A stretch of DNA of 63,859 nucleotides, the filler included, from Stramenopiles sp. TOSAG23-3 (Eukaryota): NCBI GenBank assembly GCA_900128585.1. It is 14 parts of 14 records of this genome, joined end to end, with 100 filler letters (N's around TTAATTAATTAA, not from the genome) between each part and the next. Parts side by side here need not be neighbours in the genome. Positions count along the whole stretch, not along the records: positions 1 to 4,493 come from LT643813.1; positions 4,594 to 9,086 come from LT643814.1; positions 9,187 to 13,674 come from LT643815.1; 11 more parts are not named here. One strand, written 5' to 3'. This document shows positions 1-9,589 of the stretch, one piece after another (position 1 is the first letter of the stretch; each line of letters begins with the position of its first letter). Made by a program: the position numbers and the translations under genes. A model generated the notes under the pieces. The model saw nothing but the letters and a program-made list of their open reading frames with translations. It had not been told where the DNA came from and ran no database searches.

Positions 1-13
1 CAGATGATATATT

Positions 14-58
<45 letters not shown>

Positions 59-446
59 TTTTTATTTTAATAATTTTATTTAAGTTATATAGGGTTATTT
101 ATATTTTATTTTATTATATAATGATATTATTATAAGATATATATATATATATATCCTTAAATCATATAAAAATATAATCATCATTCATGATGATATGTGT
201 ATGTACACTTTAAATTACAAGAAAAGAAGTTTCACGCTGAAAAACTAAAGTTGAGCCTTGCCTATTAAAACACTATATATTCTTTAAATACGTAGGAGTA
301 AGAAAGAAGAAAGGAAGAAAGGAAGGAAGGAAGGATGTATTGTAATACGAACGAAGGTGTGATCGATCTGATCTGATTTGATCTGTATTAATACTGGCAC
401 ACCATCATAAATATATAAAATCTTTAATAAATCTTTATTAAAAAAA

Positions 447-498
<52 letters not shown>

Positions 499-511
499 AA
501 TATATCATCTG
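1..511. mobile_element. Candidate non-autonomous TIR element (MITE-like) or fold-back assembly artefact
   Basis: 1-55 (CAGATGATATA + (TTTC)11) is the exact reverse complement of 457-511. The right end ...CATCTG is followed by TA. The interior is non-coding. The left flank is missing because the contig starts here. Confidence 0.35.
449..500. repeat. (GAAA)13 microsatellite
   Basis: Direct reading. The same TTTC/GAAA unit recurs at 12-55, ~45830-45876, ~59240-59308 and ~63273-63295. Confidence 0.95.
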
Positions 512-1505
512 TAAAATGCAACCAACATATCATAGGAATAGAGAGAGATAGAGAGAAGGCAACAAACAGTTCGAGCATTTCACATTCACATTACATTATT
601 ATTATATTTTATAAATTTCATCCTCCCATCTCCAGTCCTTCCTTCACTTCAGACAGACGGACTTTTATTTTGGAACCGAAGGAACGAAGGAAGGGGAAGG
701 AACCAAACCTTCCTGACCAAATATTTGATTGGTTATTTCATTTATTTTTGTAATTTTAAAATATAAGTTAGTTAATTATATACGCTGTAGCTATATATTA
801 TTATTATTAGTTATATAATTCATCATTTGGAAATAATAATAAATATCAATGGAATCAACAACAAAAACAATCCCAGATTGATCCCAGACTCTTCATGACT
901 TCGTAATAACATCCTCGTAGTCAAACCTCACCGTTATTTCTTAATCCTATGAAATAATTGTATTCTAATAACAATAATTACATTCCAAGAGCTGTTTAGT
1001 GTTGTTTCGTCCTAATTTGATTTGAATTACTGATATAATAAAGCTAATGCTTAGTTATTTATACAAAGTCTCTTCTTCATCAAACATAAGATAGAAATAC
1101 TACACATGTTATTCAATATGAAATTAGACTACGAGGACGTATGGATGACATTAATATACATAGCTATATCATCTCACAAGAACAGCCGTTATAATATTTA
1201 TAATTAAAAAATAAAAACGACGACGACGGACGACGACGGACGATGATGAATGATTAATTATTATTGATTAGTATGTAAAAAGAAAAAAAAAGAAAACAAA
1301 AACTTGTTCATTCCTTGTTCCCTTTCCCCCCTTTTTTATTCTTCACATTTTCAAAAGATTGTGTTCGCCTTTAAGTTCAAGTATTCCCCGTGTGTCTACC
1401 ATAAGTACGATTTTACCACACAAAAGGCAAGAAGCCAAGTTTGCAGTTGATAGTATTCCATCACCACCGCCACCACCGCCGCCGCAGGTTTGTAGTTCGT
1501 TCGCA

Positions 1506-3818
1506 ATGCCGGGCACAAAGAAGAAAGGGTCGTCCATGCTGGCGCTGTCAAAGGCCAAGGGAGAGCTTACCAAAGCGCAACGGCTGTACATCAAATTATG
1601 TGGGAGCAACAAAGCGCGGCCAGATGCTGAGTTTTTGAAATCTCTGCCGGACCAACTCGTTCAGATGACAAGCGTTGATATGTGCGAAGAAAAGGAGCTG
1701 GATATCATAGGGATGCTGGCGGCAAAGATGACGAAAACAGAGCACATTAATTTGAAGTGCCGAGGCACCGGAGGGAGCGGCGAAGGAGAATCCTCGGTGC
1801 CACGAAAGCGGGGGCAGGCGCGTGGGGAGAGCGAAGAGATCCCCATCTTGACCCCGGGGCCGTGCCTCAAACTTTGCAAATCGTTGACCCGCTGCATCCT
1901 TCAGTCCCCGGGGCTGGTCTCCTTGAGCCTGGGCGGCGTGCCGTTGAAGGGGGACGCGCTGCGGTGTCTGGGCAAGGGGGTTGTCGAGAGCACCTCCTTG
2001 AAGAAGTTTAGTATTCCTAGGTGCCAGATCGGTGATGACGGATATTCCATAATCAACAGGAGCCTCATGGACAGTTCGTCTCTGACCGACATAGACTTGT
2101 CCGGGAACGATTTGCACGACGCCAGCGCCGTCCGGATTGCTTCGATGATCCGAAGGCATTCTGCACGCCGGGACGACGAGTACTGGGCGAGCTGTTTGCG
2201 GTCTGGCGGGGAGGAAGGCTTGGTGTCGCGTGGGCCGAACCCCAGTGCCGCCGAAATTGCCGTGCAACTGCGTGGGCTTGTGGCCCTGGACTTGTCCGGG
2301 AACGAGCTGGGGGACCCGACCATTCGCATTTTGGGCGACGTGTTGGAGAGGGACGACTGGCTGGTCGCGTTGAATTTGCTGGACAATGGAACGACCACGA
2401 AAGGGGCCACAATCTTGAAAAACGCGCTGAACGTGAACGAGTCGTTGGCCGCCATCGACTTTCGCCCGCAAGTAAAAATTCCAAGCGACCTTCGGGGGAT
2501 CGCCACGGAAACCATACGCCCGACCGTGACTGGGGACATCCCTGCACCGGTCGTCAATTCCCTGATCAAGCGAGACCCGAGAACGGCCGGGTGGATGATG
2601 ACGCGCGACCCGAGAAAAGGAATCTCCGTCGCTCACCCCGTTGTGTACAACATTCTCGCACGGTGGGGCTGGTATGGGCTGCGGGAGGGAGAGGCGGCGG
2701 AAAAGCCAAAACTCCCAAAGCCCGCCAAGAAAAAGAAAAAGCGAAAGTCGAAGGGCTCCACTGCAACGAAGAAAGGCCGGGCATCCACCGGGCCGACCAC
2801 TATGACCCGAATGAAAAGCGCGAAGGCCTCCAGGCGAGCGGCCAACGGCAGTAAAGCAGACGCCGCCGAGGCCTCGGGGCAGGCTGGCAAGCGCAAGAAG
2901 ACGAAGAAGCGGGGGAAGGGGAAGGTCGCCGTGGCCACGGTAGTCCTCCCAAGGCCGCAGTCGGCGCCATCTACGGACAGGCAAGTGGATTCTTTCAATA
3001 GCTATAAAAAATCCTCCAGCACGAGTAGACAGCCCAAGACAAAGCTGGCCCGGGCGACCGAGGCCGCCGCGCGCGTGGCCGGGACCGCAAGGCCACAGTC
3101 TGCGAGGGGAAGAAGGCGCCCACGGCCGGCCCTGTCGCTGTCGAGCAACACAGTAAGCGGCGACGCCGTCGCATTCGACCCCGTAGACGGGGTGCTTGAT
3201 TTGAGGTTGTCGAAAGAAGGGATAGACGCCTTGCGGGCTGTTTTCAACAGGCACGCTGCGCCCGACGGGTCTGGAGAGCCTGTCGCACCGCTGGGGAATA
3301 TTGTTGCTGAGCTGCGGAAAAATGCCAACGCGTGCGCGTTGCTGAACATCCCACCAAGCACGCCAACCGGGGGGCAGCCAAGCTTTAAGTCAAACTCGCG
3401 TACCATGACTTTCGATCTGCTTGTCCAGTTTTTCTTAGAACGCTCCGACAATGCTGTGAACGCTGCAAGCTCCCCCCGAAAAAAATCTCACGGGGTGCAG
3501 AACCAAGCGTTCCTTCCTGGATCCCCACGTGTCTTTTTGCCCGACGGCACTCCTGGCAACACAGAAGCAGTATTGGAGCAACTGGAAGGTTGGGTTTCTC
3601 AGATGAACAACTTCATCGATCGGGCAGAAGAAGACCCCACTTTGCTCAACAGCGCAAAGAAGAAGCTACAAGAAGGCCCATCGGTTCGATTGAATGCCTT
3701 TGGAACCCCCGAGAAAGATTCGACCGGCCAGGAAAAAGTGGTGCAGTCAATGACGCCAGAGGAGCTGAGAACGGCAATTGCTGGACGGCTGAAGGACATG
3801 TTCAACCTTGATGAGTAG
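1506..3818 (+). CDS. CEP78: Centrosomal protein CEP78-like LRR protein
   Basis: RI-type LRRs interrupted by RRDDEYWASCLR and followed by LERDDWLVALNL...NESLAAIDFR, matching the CEP78 pattern (W-A-x-x-L-R insert, D-x-W-L-x-A-L-x-L). Long basic disordered C-terminal half. First in-frame ATG is at 1506; the ORF track starts at TTG 1359. Confidence 0.75.
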   Translation: MPGTKKKGSSMLALSKAKGELTKAQRLYIKLCGSNKARPDAEFLKSLPDQLVQMTSVDMCEEKELDIIGMLAAKMTKTEHINLKCRGTGGSGEGESSVPRKRGQARGESEEIPILTPGPCLKLCKSLTRCILQSPGLVSLSLGGVPLKGDALRCLGKGVVESTSLKKFSIPRCQIGDDGYSIINRSLMDSSSLTDIDLSGNDLHDASAVRIASMIRRHSARRDDEYWASCLRSGGEEGLVSRGPNPSAAEIAVQLRGLVALDLSGNELGDPTIRILGDVLERDDWLVALNLLDNGTTTKGATILKNALNVNESLAAIDFRPQVKIPSDLRGIATETIRPTVTGDIPAPVVNSLIKRDPRTAGWMMTRDPRKGISVAHPVVYNILARWGWYGLREGEAAEKPKLPKPAKKKKKRKSKGSTATKKGRASTGPTTMTRMKSAKASRRAANGSKADAAEASGQAGKRKKTKKRGKGKVAVATVVLPRPQSAPSTDRQVDSFNSYKKSSSTSRQPKTKLARATEAAARVAGTARPQSARGRRRPRPALSLSSNTVSGDAVAFDPVDGVLDLRLSKEGIDALRAVFNRHAAPDGSGEPVAPLGNIVAELRKNANACALLNIPPSTPTGGQPSFKSNSRTMTFDLLVQFFLERSDNAVNAASSPRKKSHGVQNQAFLPGSPRVFLPDGTPGNTEAVLEQLEGWVSQMNNFIDRAEEDPTLLNSAKKKLQEGPSVRLNAFGTPEKDSTGQEKVVQSMTPEELRTAIAGRLKDMFNLDE

Positions 3819-3896
3819 GGGTGGGTAACGCACGCGCGTCCAATTTTTTGTTTTTAAATATGATACATAAATTACCGCCAGTATTTTGTTTTTAGT

Positions 3897-4493
3897 TTAC
3901 TTGAACCCACCAAACCCCATCAATTTCATCATTTCCATTTCCTCGTCGTTTTCTTTCGTCATTTTGTCCTCCGTTTCATCTATGCGTTCTTTATCATCCA
4001 CAGGAGCAGCCTGTACACTTTCAACATCGACATTGACATTTTTCCCCGATTGTGCTGCCCGATTCGCATCCTTTTTTTTCTCCCGCTTCTGCCGCTTTTT
4101 TTCTCTGCGTTCCTCTTCGTGCATGCTGCGACGAAGTTCGTAAGCCTCCGCCGCACTCTTTCCTTTGAACACACCTTCCTTCCCGTCGTCCTCTGTTCGG
4201 GCCCTCTTCAGCGCAGACAGTTTCGACTTGACGTCGCTCAAAGAGCTCTCCGTAATCCGCATGTTTTTACCTAGCTTGTTCTGGTGGTACCGAGAATTGA
4301 CATGCTCAAGGTAACTTGAGCTATCAAGAAACTCTTTTTCACAAATTTGGCACCAATAACCTTTTCCAGTCCGTTTCGCGTCGGGGTGAGCGTTGAATTT
4401 AACTCTTGATCCTACCTTTGAGTCTAACTTGAGGCTGTCCGAGCTGCCACGAGCTGAAACCGACTCTGTCAGCCTAACCCCAGATTCCAACTC
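3897..4493 (-). CDS. ZMAT2: Zinc finger matrin-type protein 2 / Snu23 spliceosomal protein (5' truncated by contig end)
   Basis: Matrin C2H2 finger GYWCQICEKEFLDSSSYLEHVNSRYHQNKLG, then SSLSDVKSKL, and a C-terminal MMKLMGFGGF motif. Confidence 0.88.
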   Translation of the reverse strand, partial: ELESGVRLTESVSARGSSDSLKLDSKVGSRVKFNAHPDAKRTGKGYWCQICEKEFLDSSSYLEHVNSRYHQNKLGKNMRITESSLSDVKSKLSALKRARTEDDGKEGVFKGKSAAEAYELRRSMHEEERREKKRQKREKKKDANRAAQSGKNVNVDVESVQAAPVDDKERIDETEDKMTKENDEEMEMMKLMGFGGFK

Positions 4494-4593
4494 NNNNNNN
4501 NNNNNNNNNNNNNNNNNNNNNNNNNNNNNNNNNNNNNTTAATTAATTAANNNNNNNNNNNNNNNNNNNNNNNNNNNNNNNNNNNNNNNNNNNN
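4494..4593. other. Artificial contig spacer (first of 13)
   Basis: 44 N + TTAATTAATTAA (stop in all six frames) + 44 N. Others are at 9087-9186, 13675-13774, 18253-18352, 22827-22926, 27397-27496, 31963-32062, 36528-36627, 41091-41190, 45648-45747, 50203-50302, 54756-54855 and 59309-59408. Confidence 0.99.
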
Positions 4594-4595
4594 AC

Positions 4596-5159
4596 GTTCG
4601 AGAGGGCATGACCCATGAAGAGAAGCAGGAGCAGCATGTTGTGGAGAAAGAGTACGGTTCGATCTACGCCAATTACATCTCAGAGTGTTACTATTACGAT
4701 ATTATCGACTTGTTTCGACGCCTGCTCTTGACAGGGGGGTTGATCATGATGGGCGAAGAGAGCGTAGCTCAAGTATTTTTGGGGATTATTATCTGTGCGT
4801 TGTGGGCAGGTTTGCTCATACATAAGAAACCATACAAAGCAGGATGGGATAATATTATCGCAGTGATATTAGCAGCACATTTATTGCTGACGCTGGTGTC
4901 TGGCATGGCGTTGAAGCTTTATGATGCGACACCTGATCAGGATGAATATCAGAAAGCTGGATTTGGTGCGGTGTTAATTACCGTGAGTGTGTTATGCGTG
5001 GTGTTAGGATTAGGAAGTATTGTCGTGAGTACACCATGTTTGAGAGAGAGGGTCATGAAGTGTTTGAAAAGAGGGCAGAGAAAAGAGAGGATCCACGCGG
5101 AAAAGGTGAAGGTTGTAGTAGATGGAGACATAGAGATGACACAAAGAAAAGAAATTTAA
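4596..5159 (+). CDS. C-terminal multi-pass membrane region of a large protist surface/membrane protein (5' truncated)
   Basis: Open from the contig start. YGSIYANY...YYYDIIDLFRRLLLTG, HKKPYK and about four hydrophobic helices resemble the TRP-like C-terminal membrane module of large protist proteins. Confidence 0.75.
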   Translation, partial: VREGMTHEEKQEQHVVEKEYGSIYANYISECYYYDIIDLFRRLLLTGGLIMMGEESVAQVFLGIIICALWAGLLIHKKPYKAGWDNIIAVILAAHLLLTLVSGMALKLYDATPDQDEYQKAGFGAVLITVSVLCVVLGLGSIVVSTPCLRERVMKCLKRGQRKERIHAEKVKVVVDGDIEMTQRKEI

Positions 5160-5992
5160 ACATTTTTTGCACCCCAGATACTTTTCGCTTCATTCAGTAC
5201 GCCTCTCAACCTATCATAAAGGCACCTGACACCACGGTGTAAAATACCAGTGGCTTCAAACTGTTCCAACATAACTATCGCCTGGTAGAACTTTTTGATC
5301 GCGATTGACTGGGCCTGCTGTTCCATCACCGTTAGGTTTCGCATGTCGTGACACCGTGCTTTTAAACTACCGACCGCCCCATTATGTTCAACTAGCTGGT
5401 CAAACGGGTTGCCTGGCGGTATATGGGGATGGGATGCCAAGCGCTGGGTAATATAGGCGTCGTAGGTTCGGTTCAGCCCCGCGAAATCCTTCAGCTCGTC
5501 TTTGAATACTTTGTAGTGCTGACGAACTATCTTTTTGCAAATGTGGGCATCTTTTTTGAGCATGCTTTGTTCTTTTTCGTTCAAACACTCGAGAAAGTCT
5601 CTATTCACCGTCTCGGATTTTAAAAAGTCAATCGCGTCGATGGTTATTTCCGTGTTGAAATGCCTACCGATCCCAGAGAATGCTAGCTCGCACCCTCTGG
5701 TTAACTGTAAGTGCGGTGGAATCTCTTGTAGACCATTTAAGTAGTCTTGATAAATCTGGTTTACTTTTTTCATCGATGCATCTTTGGTTGGGTGCGATGT
5801 GCCATAGGTGCCCGGAATAAAGTATGAAGCATGTGGGTGGCAGGCGCCTGCCATAGGTTTCAGTCCGACTTTGACGCCGTTTACCACTACGGATGGGCAG
5901 CGACTGTATTTGTTTTTAGATTGTCCGGATCTGCCATCCTGTACTGAGATTTCACTATTGCCATGTCCAATTAGTACATATATAGATTTCAT
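5156..5992 (-). CDS. Hypothetical protein, 278 aa
   Basis: ATG-initiated ORF with globular-looking composition; no motif recognised. Confidence 0.6.
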   Translation of the reverse strand: MKSIYVLIGHGNSEISVQDGRSGQSKNKYSRCPSVVVNGVKVGLKPMAGACHPHASYFIPGTYGTSHPTKDASMKKVNQIYQDYLNGLQEIPPHLQLTRGCELAFSGIGRHFNTEITIDAIDFLKSETVNRDFLECLNEKEQSMLKKDAHICKKIVRQHYKVFKDELKDFAGLNRTYDAYITQRLASHPHIPPGNPFDQLVEHNGAVGSLKARCHDMRNLTVMEQQAQSIAIKKFYQAIVMLEQFEATGILHRGVRCLYDRLRGVLNEAKSIWGAKNV

Positions 5993-6233
5993 CAGAGTCT
6001 TTGATAATTGGAAGAAATGAAGCTAGTGAACGATGCGGATGCCACAGGTAGTTGGGGTACTGGCATAAGCATACTGGACTGTTGAAGTCACTGGAATAGT
6101 GGGTAGAATCGATGAAAGAATCGATCAAGAAAGCAAAAGAGGCGGTGGAGAACTACTAATGATACTTCTACAATAGGGTCAGCAAGTGCTAATTATGAAT
6201 ATTATTGTGTGATTGTATTTTCTCTCTTTTCTT

Positions 6234-8795
6234 TCAGCATTGGTCAAGTGTCATTGTACCATGTACGGCCACTTCGATCTTTTGAGCACCTTTCCAATAA
6301 TCTGGCTGTCCTCCCCCCACATAAACTTCAAAGATGCCATCCTCCACAGCAACACTACGCCAGGCACCATAAATATCTTCCCCAGTGGCATTCCCCCCAT
6401 CGGCCAAAACAATCGCATGGGACATCGGAGAAACCAGCAAGTTGACCCTTTTCTTTTCTCCTGCTGGAATATGCACCCTAGCGAAGCTTGCCAGCCTCAC
6501 TTGGGGTACCGGGACAGTCGCCGCTGGCTGCTTGATGTACAATTGAACCACTTCGTCCGAGTCCACATCTCCGTCATTCATCACATATACAGAGATACCA
6601 ATCGATTCGCATGGCTTAAAGGTGCTGGACGTGTTCACCACTTGCAGATTGGAGTAAGAAAAAGTGGTATAGGACAGGCCATAGCCGAATGGAAACAAAA
6701 CATTGCCTTTGTAGAATCGGTACGTGATCCCAGGATACATTGTTGGGTCTGTCGCATTTGGGTACATTTCCATATGCCCCAATGGAGGAAGGCTTGTTGT
6801 GCTTTTGTAAAATGTCACAGGCGTTCGGCCAGAAGGCGAAAAGTCCCCAAACAGGACGCCTGCAATAGCTTCTGCGCCCATGGGGCCTGGATAAAATGCA
6901 TCGACGATGGCATCCAGTGCCCCTAGCGTTTCTTCGTCAAACGCAATGGCGCCCCCGTGTATCAGGACGGCAATGATTTTCTTTTTTGGCCCGACTTTCT
7001 GTCGAACGGTCATCACCAGCGACTTTTGGTTTTCTGGCAATTCAATCCGCTCCCGATCAGTCGTCTCTTTTTCACAGTAATCGTTTGGTGAAGCGGCGGA
7101 GTCAGCCCCATCAATTCCTAAACAATATTGGTCGAATGCCAAACCAAGCATGATTACAACAACGTCACTTTTTTCAGCAGCGGAAGCCGCTGGGTCAAAC
7201 CCCCCACTTGTTTTTGCTTCGGGACAGAAAATATTCGAGCAGCCGTCTTCCTGGTTTAAGACTTTCACTCGCTTCGCCAGCGCTTGCATCACATTCTCCC
7301 CCCAGTTGTTTGCGTTTGCGGACTTGGCATAGTTCCCAGACAGGATCCCCGAAATGGTCGCTTGGAACCCCAAGAGCGCAAGGGACGATACCGTACCCGA
7401 GGAAACAGGCAAAGTGCCTTCCTTGTTCTTGTACAATGTCATGCTTTTCCTTGCCGCCGCAGCATTGACAAGATTGTGGTCTCTGTTTTTGGCAAGTTGG
7501 GTGCCATTATAAAAAATATTGTTGTATGCAACGGTCGTTGGCGGGTCCAACATCCCAAGTCGAATTCTTGCACGGAAAAGGCGCCGAAATGCTTGGTCCA
7601 CTTCCGTTGCGTTGGTCTTGTTGGAGTCAACCGCATCGCGCATTTTGCTGATAACACTAATGCCGCCGCCTTCCATGTCCATTCCGTTGTTGACGCCAAG
7701 TGCTGCGGCAGTTTCTAGATCGGGCGCATACTTGTGGGTCAAGAAGAGGTTTGCCCAAGCATCGTAGTCAGAGACTACGAAACCCTCCCACTTCCACGCA
7801 TCTCTCAAAATTTCATTCAGTAACCCATTGTTCGCACACGTGGGTACGCCATTCAGCGCGTTGTAGCTGCACATTACATGCATGGCCTTGGCCTCTTTGA
7901 TGCACCCTTCGAAACCCTGCATGTACGTCTCCCACATATCCCTGCCATTAACGACCGAGTCAAAGTGATACCTGTCGTCTGTGCCTGCTCCACCCTCAAT
8001 GTCGTACGCTGCAAAGTGTTTGCAGCAGGCGCCCGCCTGCAGTGTCTTGCCATCTGGGCCGTACGTTGCGTAGCGAGAATTGTTCTGGCTGCCTGTTACA
8101 AAATTGACCACTAGCTCTCGCATCAAGTGAGGGTCCTCCGTGTACACTTCTTGCGCCCGCCCCCAGCGTGGATCTCGAACTAAGTTTAAGTTTGGAGCGT
8201 ACATTGTCATGCCGCACCCGTTGCAACCCATTGAACGTCCGCTTGGGTCAGAGGCAAGGAATCCATTGTGAAGCCCACGCGCTTCATTCCCCACCACGAA
8301 GCCGACCTGCTTCAGTAGTGCACTATCGAAGGTTGCACCCAGGCCGACCCCGTTCGGGAATACCGTCGCGTTGGCTGTTGTTCTCGCCACCCCATGCTGG
8401 TCGTCATTAAGCCATTGGTACTCGGGAATACCAAGCTCATAAAGTTGTGGCGCCGAATTCGTCATTTGTGCAATTTTTTCGTCGAGGGTCGTCTTCCCGG
8501 ACAAATAATCAAGTCGAGCTGTTTCTGACAAGGTATGGTCCAAGTGTGTACCTTTTAAGCCAGGGCAGTTCGTATAGTTTTCTGCACCAGAGACGCAGGT
8601 TTTCTTTGTCGAGCCCCCCAAGATGGGACACAAGTACAAATGGGGACCCGAGACGCCCCCACAACTCCCACAATCTTGTATATTCAACACACATTCTTCT
8701 ACCCGAGGGCAAGCAACGAATTCCCCCAAGCAGCGGTTCGCGTGAGCAACTCGGGCCGTGACGGCAAACAATATCAAGGATACAAACAACGTCAT
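6234..8795 (-). CDS. Secreted glycoside hydrolase family 3 (beta-xylosidase-like) with C-terminal Fn3-like domain
   Basis: Signal peptide; ATVFPNGVGLGATFD, APNLNLVRDPRWGRAQE, CCKHFAAY, VMCSYN, GFVVSDYDA (nucleophile Asp), SPSGRTPVTFY, LFPFGYGLSYTTF, SDEVVQLY. Confidence 0.95.
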   Translation of the reverse strand: MTLFVSLILFAVTARVAHANRCLGEFVACPRVEECVLNIQDCGSCGGVSGPHLYLCPILGGSTKKTCVSGAENYTNCPGLKGTHLDHTLSETARLDYLSGKTTLDEKIAQMTNSAPQLYELGIPEYQWLNDDQHGVARTTANATVFPNGVGLGATFDSALLKQVGFVVGNEARGLHNGFLASDPSGRSMGCNGCGMTMYAPNLNLVRDPRWGRAQEVYTEDPHLMRELVVNFVTGSQNNSRYATYGPDGKTLQAGACCKHFAAYDIEGGAGTDDRYHFDSVVNGRDMWETYMQGFEGCIKEAKAMHVMCSYNALNGVPTCANNGLLNEILRDAWKWEGFVVSDYDAWANLFLTHKYAPDLETAAALGVNNGMDMEGGGISVISKMRDAVDSNKTNATEVDQAFRRLFRARIRLGMLDPPTTVAYNNIFYNGTQLAKNRDHNLVNAAAARKSMTLYKNKEGTLPVSSGTVSSLALLGFQATISGILSGNYAKSANANNWGENVMQALAKRVKVLNQEDGCSNIFCPEAKTSGGFDPAASAAEKSDVVVIMLGLAFDQYCLGIDGADSAASPNDYCEKETTDRERIELPENQKSLVMTVRQKVGPKKKIIAVLIHGGAIAFDEETLGALDAIVDAFYPGPMGAEAIAGVLFGDFSPSGRTPVTFYKSTTSLPPLGHMEMYPNATDPTMYPGITYRFYKGNVLFPFGYGLSYTTFSYSNLQVVNTSSTFKPCESIGISVYVMNDGDVDSDEVVQLYIKQPAATVPVPQVRLASFARVHIPAGEKKRVNLLVSPMSHAIVLADGGNATGEDIYGAWRSVAVEDGIFEVYVGGGQPDYWKGAQKIEVAVHGTMTLDQC

Positions 8796-9589
8796 CACAA
8801 CGGACCCCTAAACACGCAAACAGCAATAATGCAGGTTTCTAGTGTCCTATTTGTTAATGCATAAAATGTTTTGTTCACTTTACATTCCTCTTATGTATAG
8901 TTCCTTTCCTGTGTTTTGTTTTGTCTTTGTATCAATATCAAATGAAGGTTCGACTGAGAAAAGAACAGAAAAATATAATAAAAAATAGAAGAAGAAATTT
9001 CAAAAAATAATACAGTAGAAACAGTTGTTTACGAGCAGATGAATTTTTTTATTTTTTTTTTATTTTTTATTTTTTGATTATTTTTTNNNNNNNNNNNNNN
9101 NNNNNNNNNNNNNNNNNNNNNNNNNNNNNNTTAATTAATTAANNNNNNNNNNNNNNNNNNNNNNNNNNNNNNNNNNNNNNNNNNNNGGGGGATTTCATAT
9201 TTTGAGATGAGTGAAGGGGGAGGGATACTATCATAATACATAAGTACAGTATTGCATGACAATAGAATAATAAGTATACAGTAGATTTTATTAGTTAGTA
9301 CTATATAGTATGAAATATATGCTTTATAAATAATAATACTAACGAAATAAAATAGAAGAAGTCACAGAGTTTAATTTAAAAATTGATCATTACTTTTTAC
9401 GGAAGGAGAGAGTGAGTAAATGGAGAGAGAGAAAAGTATACCGGTGTGTCTTGGTATTTGAATTGTTTGGAAAAGTTAACAAAGAACTCGGAATTAGAAG
9501 TGTTTGTGAAAGGAAGGAAGAGAAAGGCGATTCTAGCGTTCTAAGTATTCACAAGTAACAAGTACCACAGATGAAGTCTTATAGATTTA

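Noticed and set aside
284-508. Short ORFs such as 284-508, 31829-32014, 59003-59356 and 61921-62133
   Set aside because: They are translations of microsatellites or AT-rich low-complexity DNA.
912-1137. 11-bp inverted pair TCCTCGTAGTC / GACTACGAGGA about 200 bp apart
   Set aside because: Short, with no target-site duplication evident; could be chance.
1596-3254. 552-aa antisense ORF, and similar long shadow ORFs at 28731-29651, 37432-38481 and 59513-60700
   Set aside because: They lie opposite well-supported GC-rich genes and have no recognisable motifs; such shadows are expected from codon bias.
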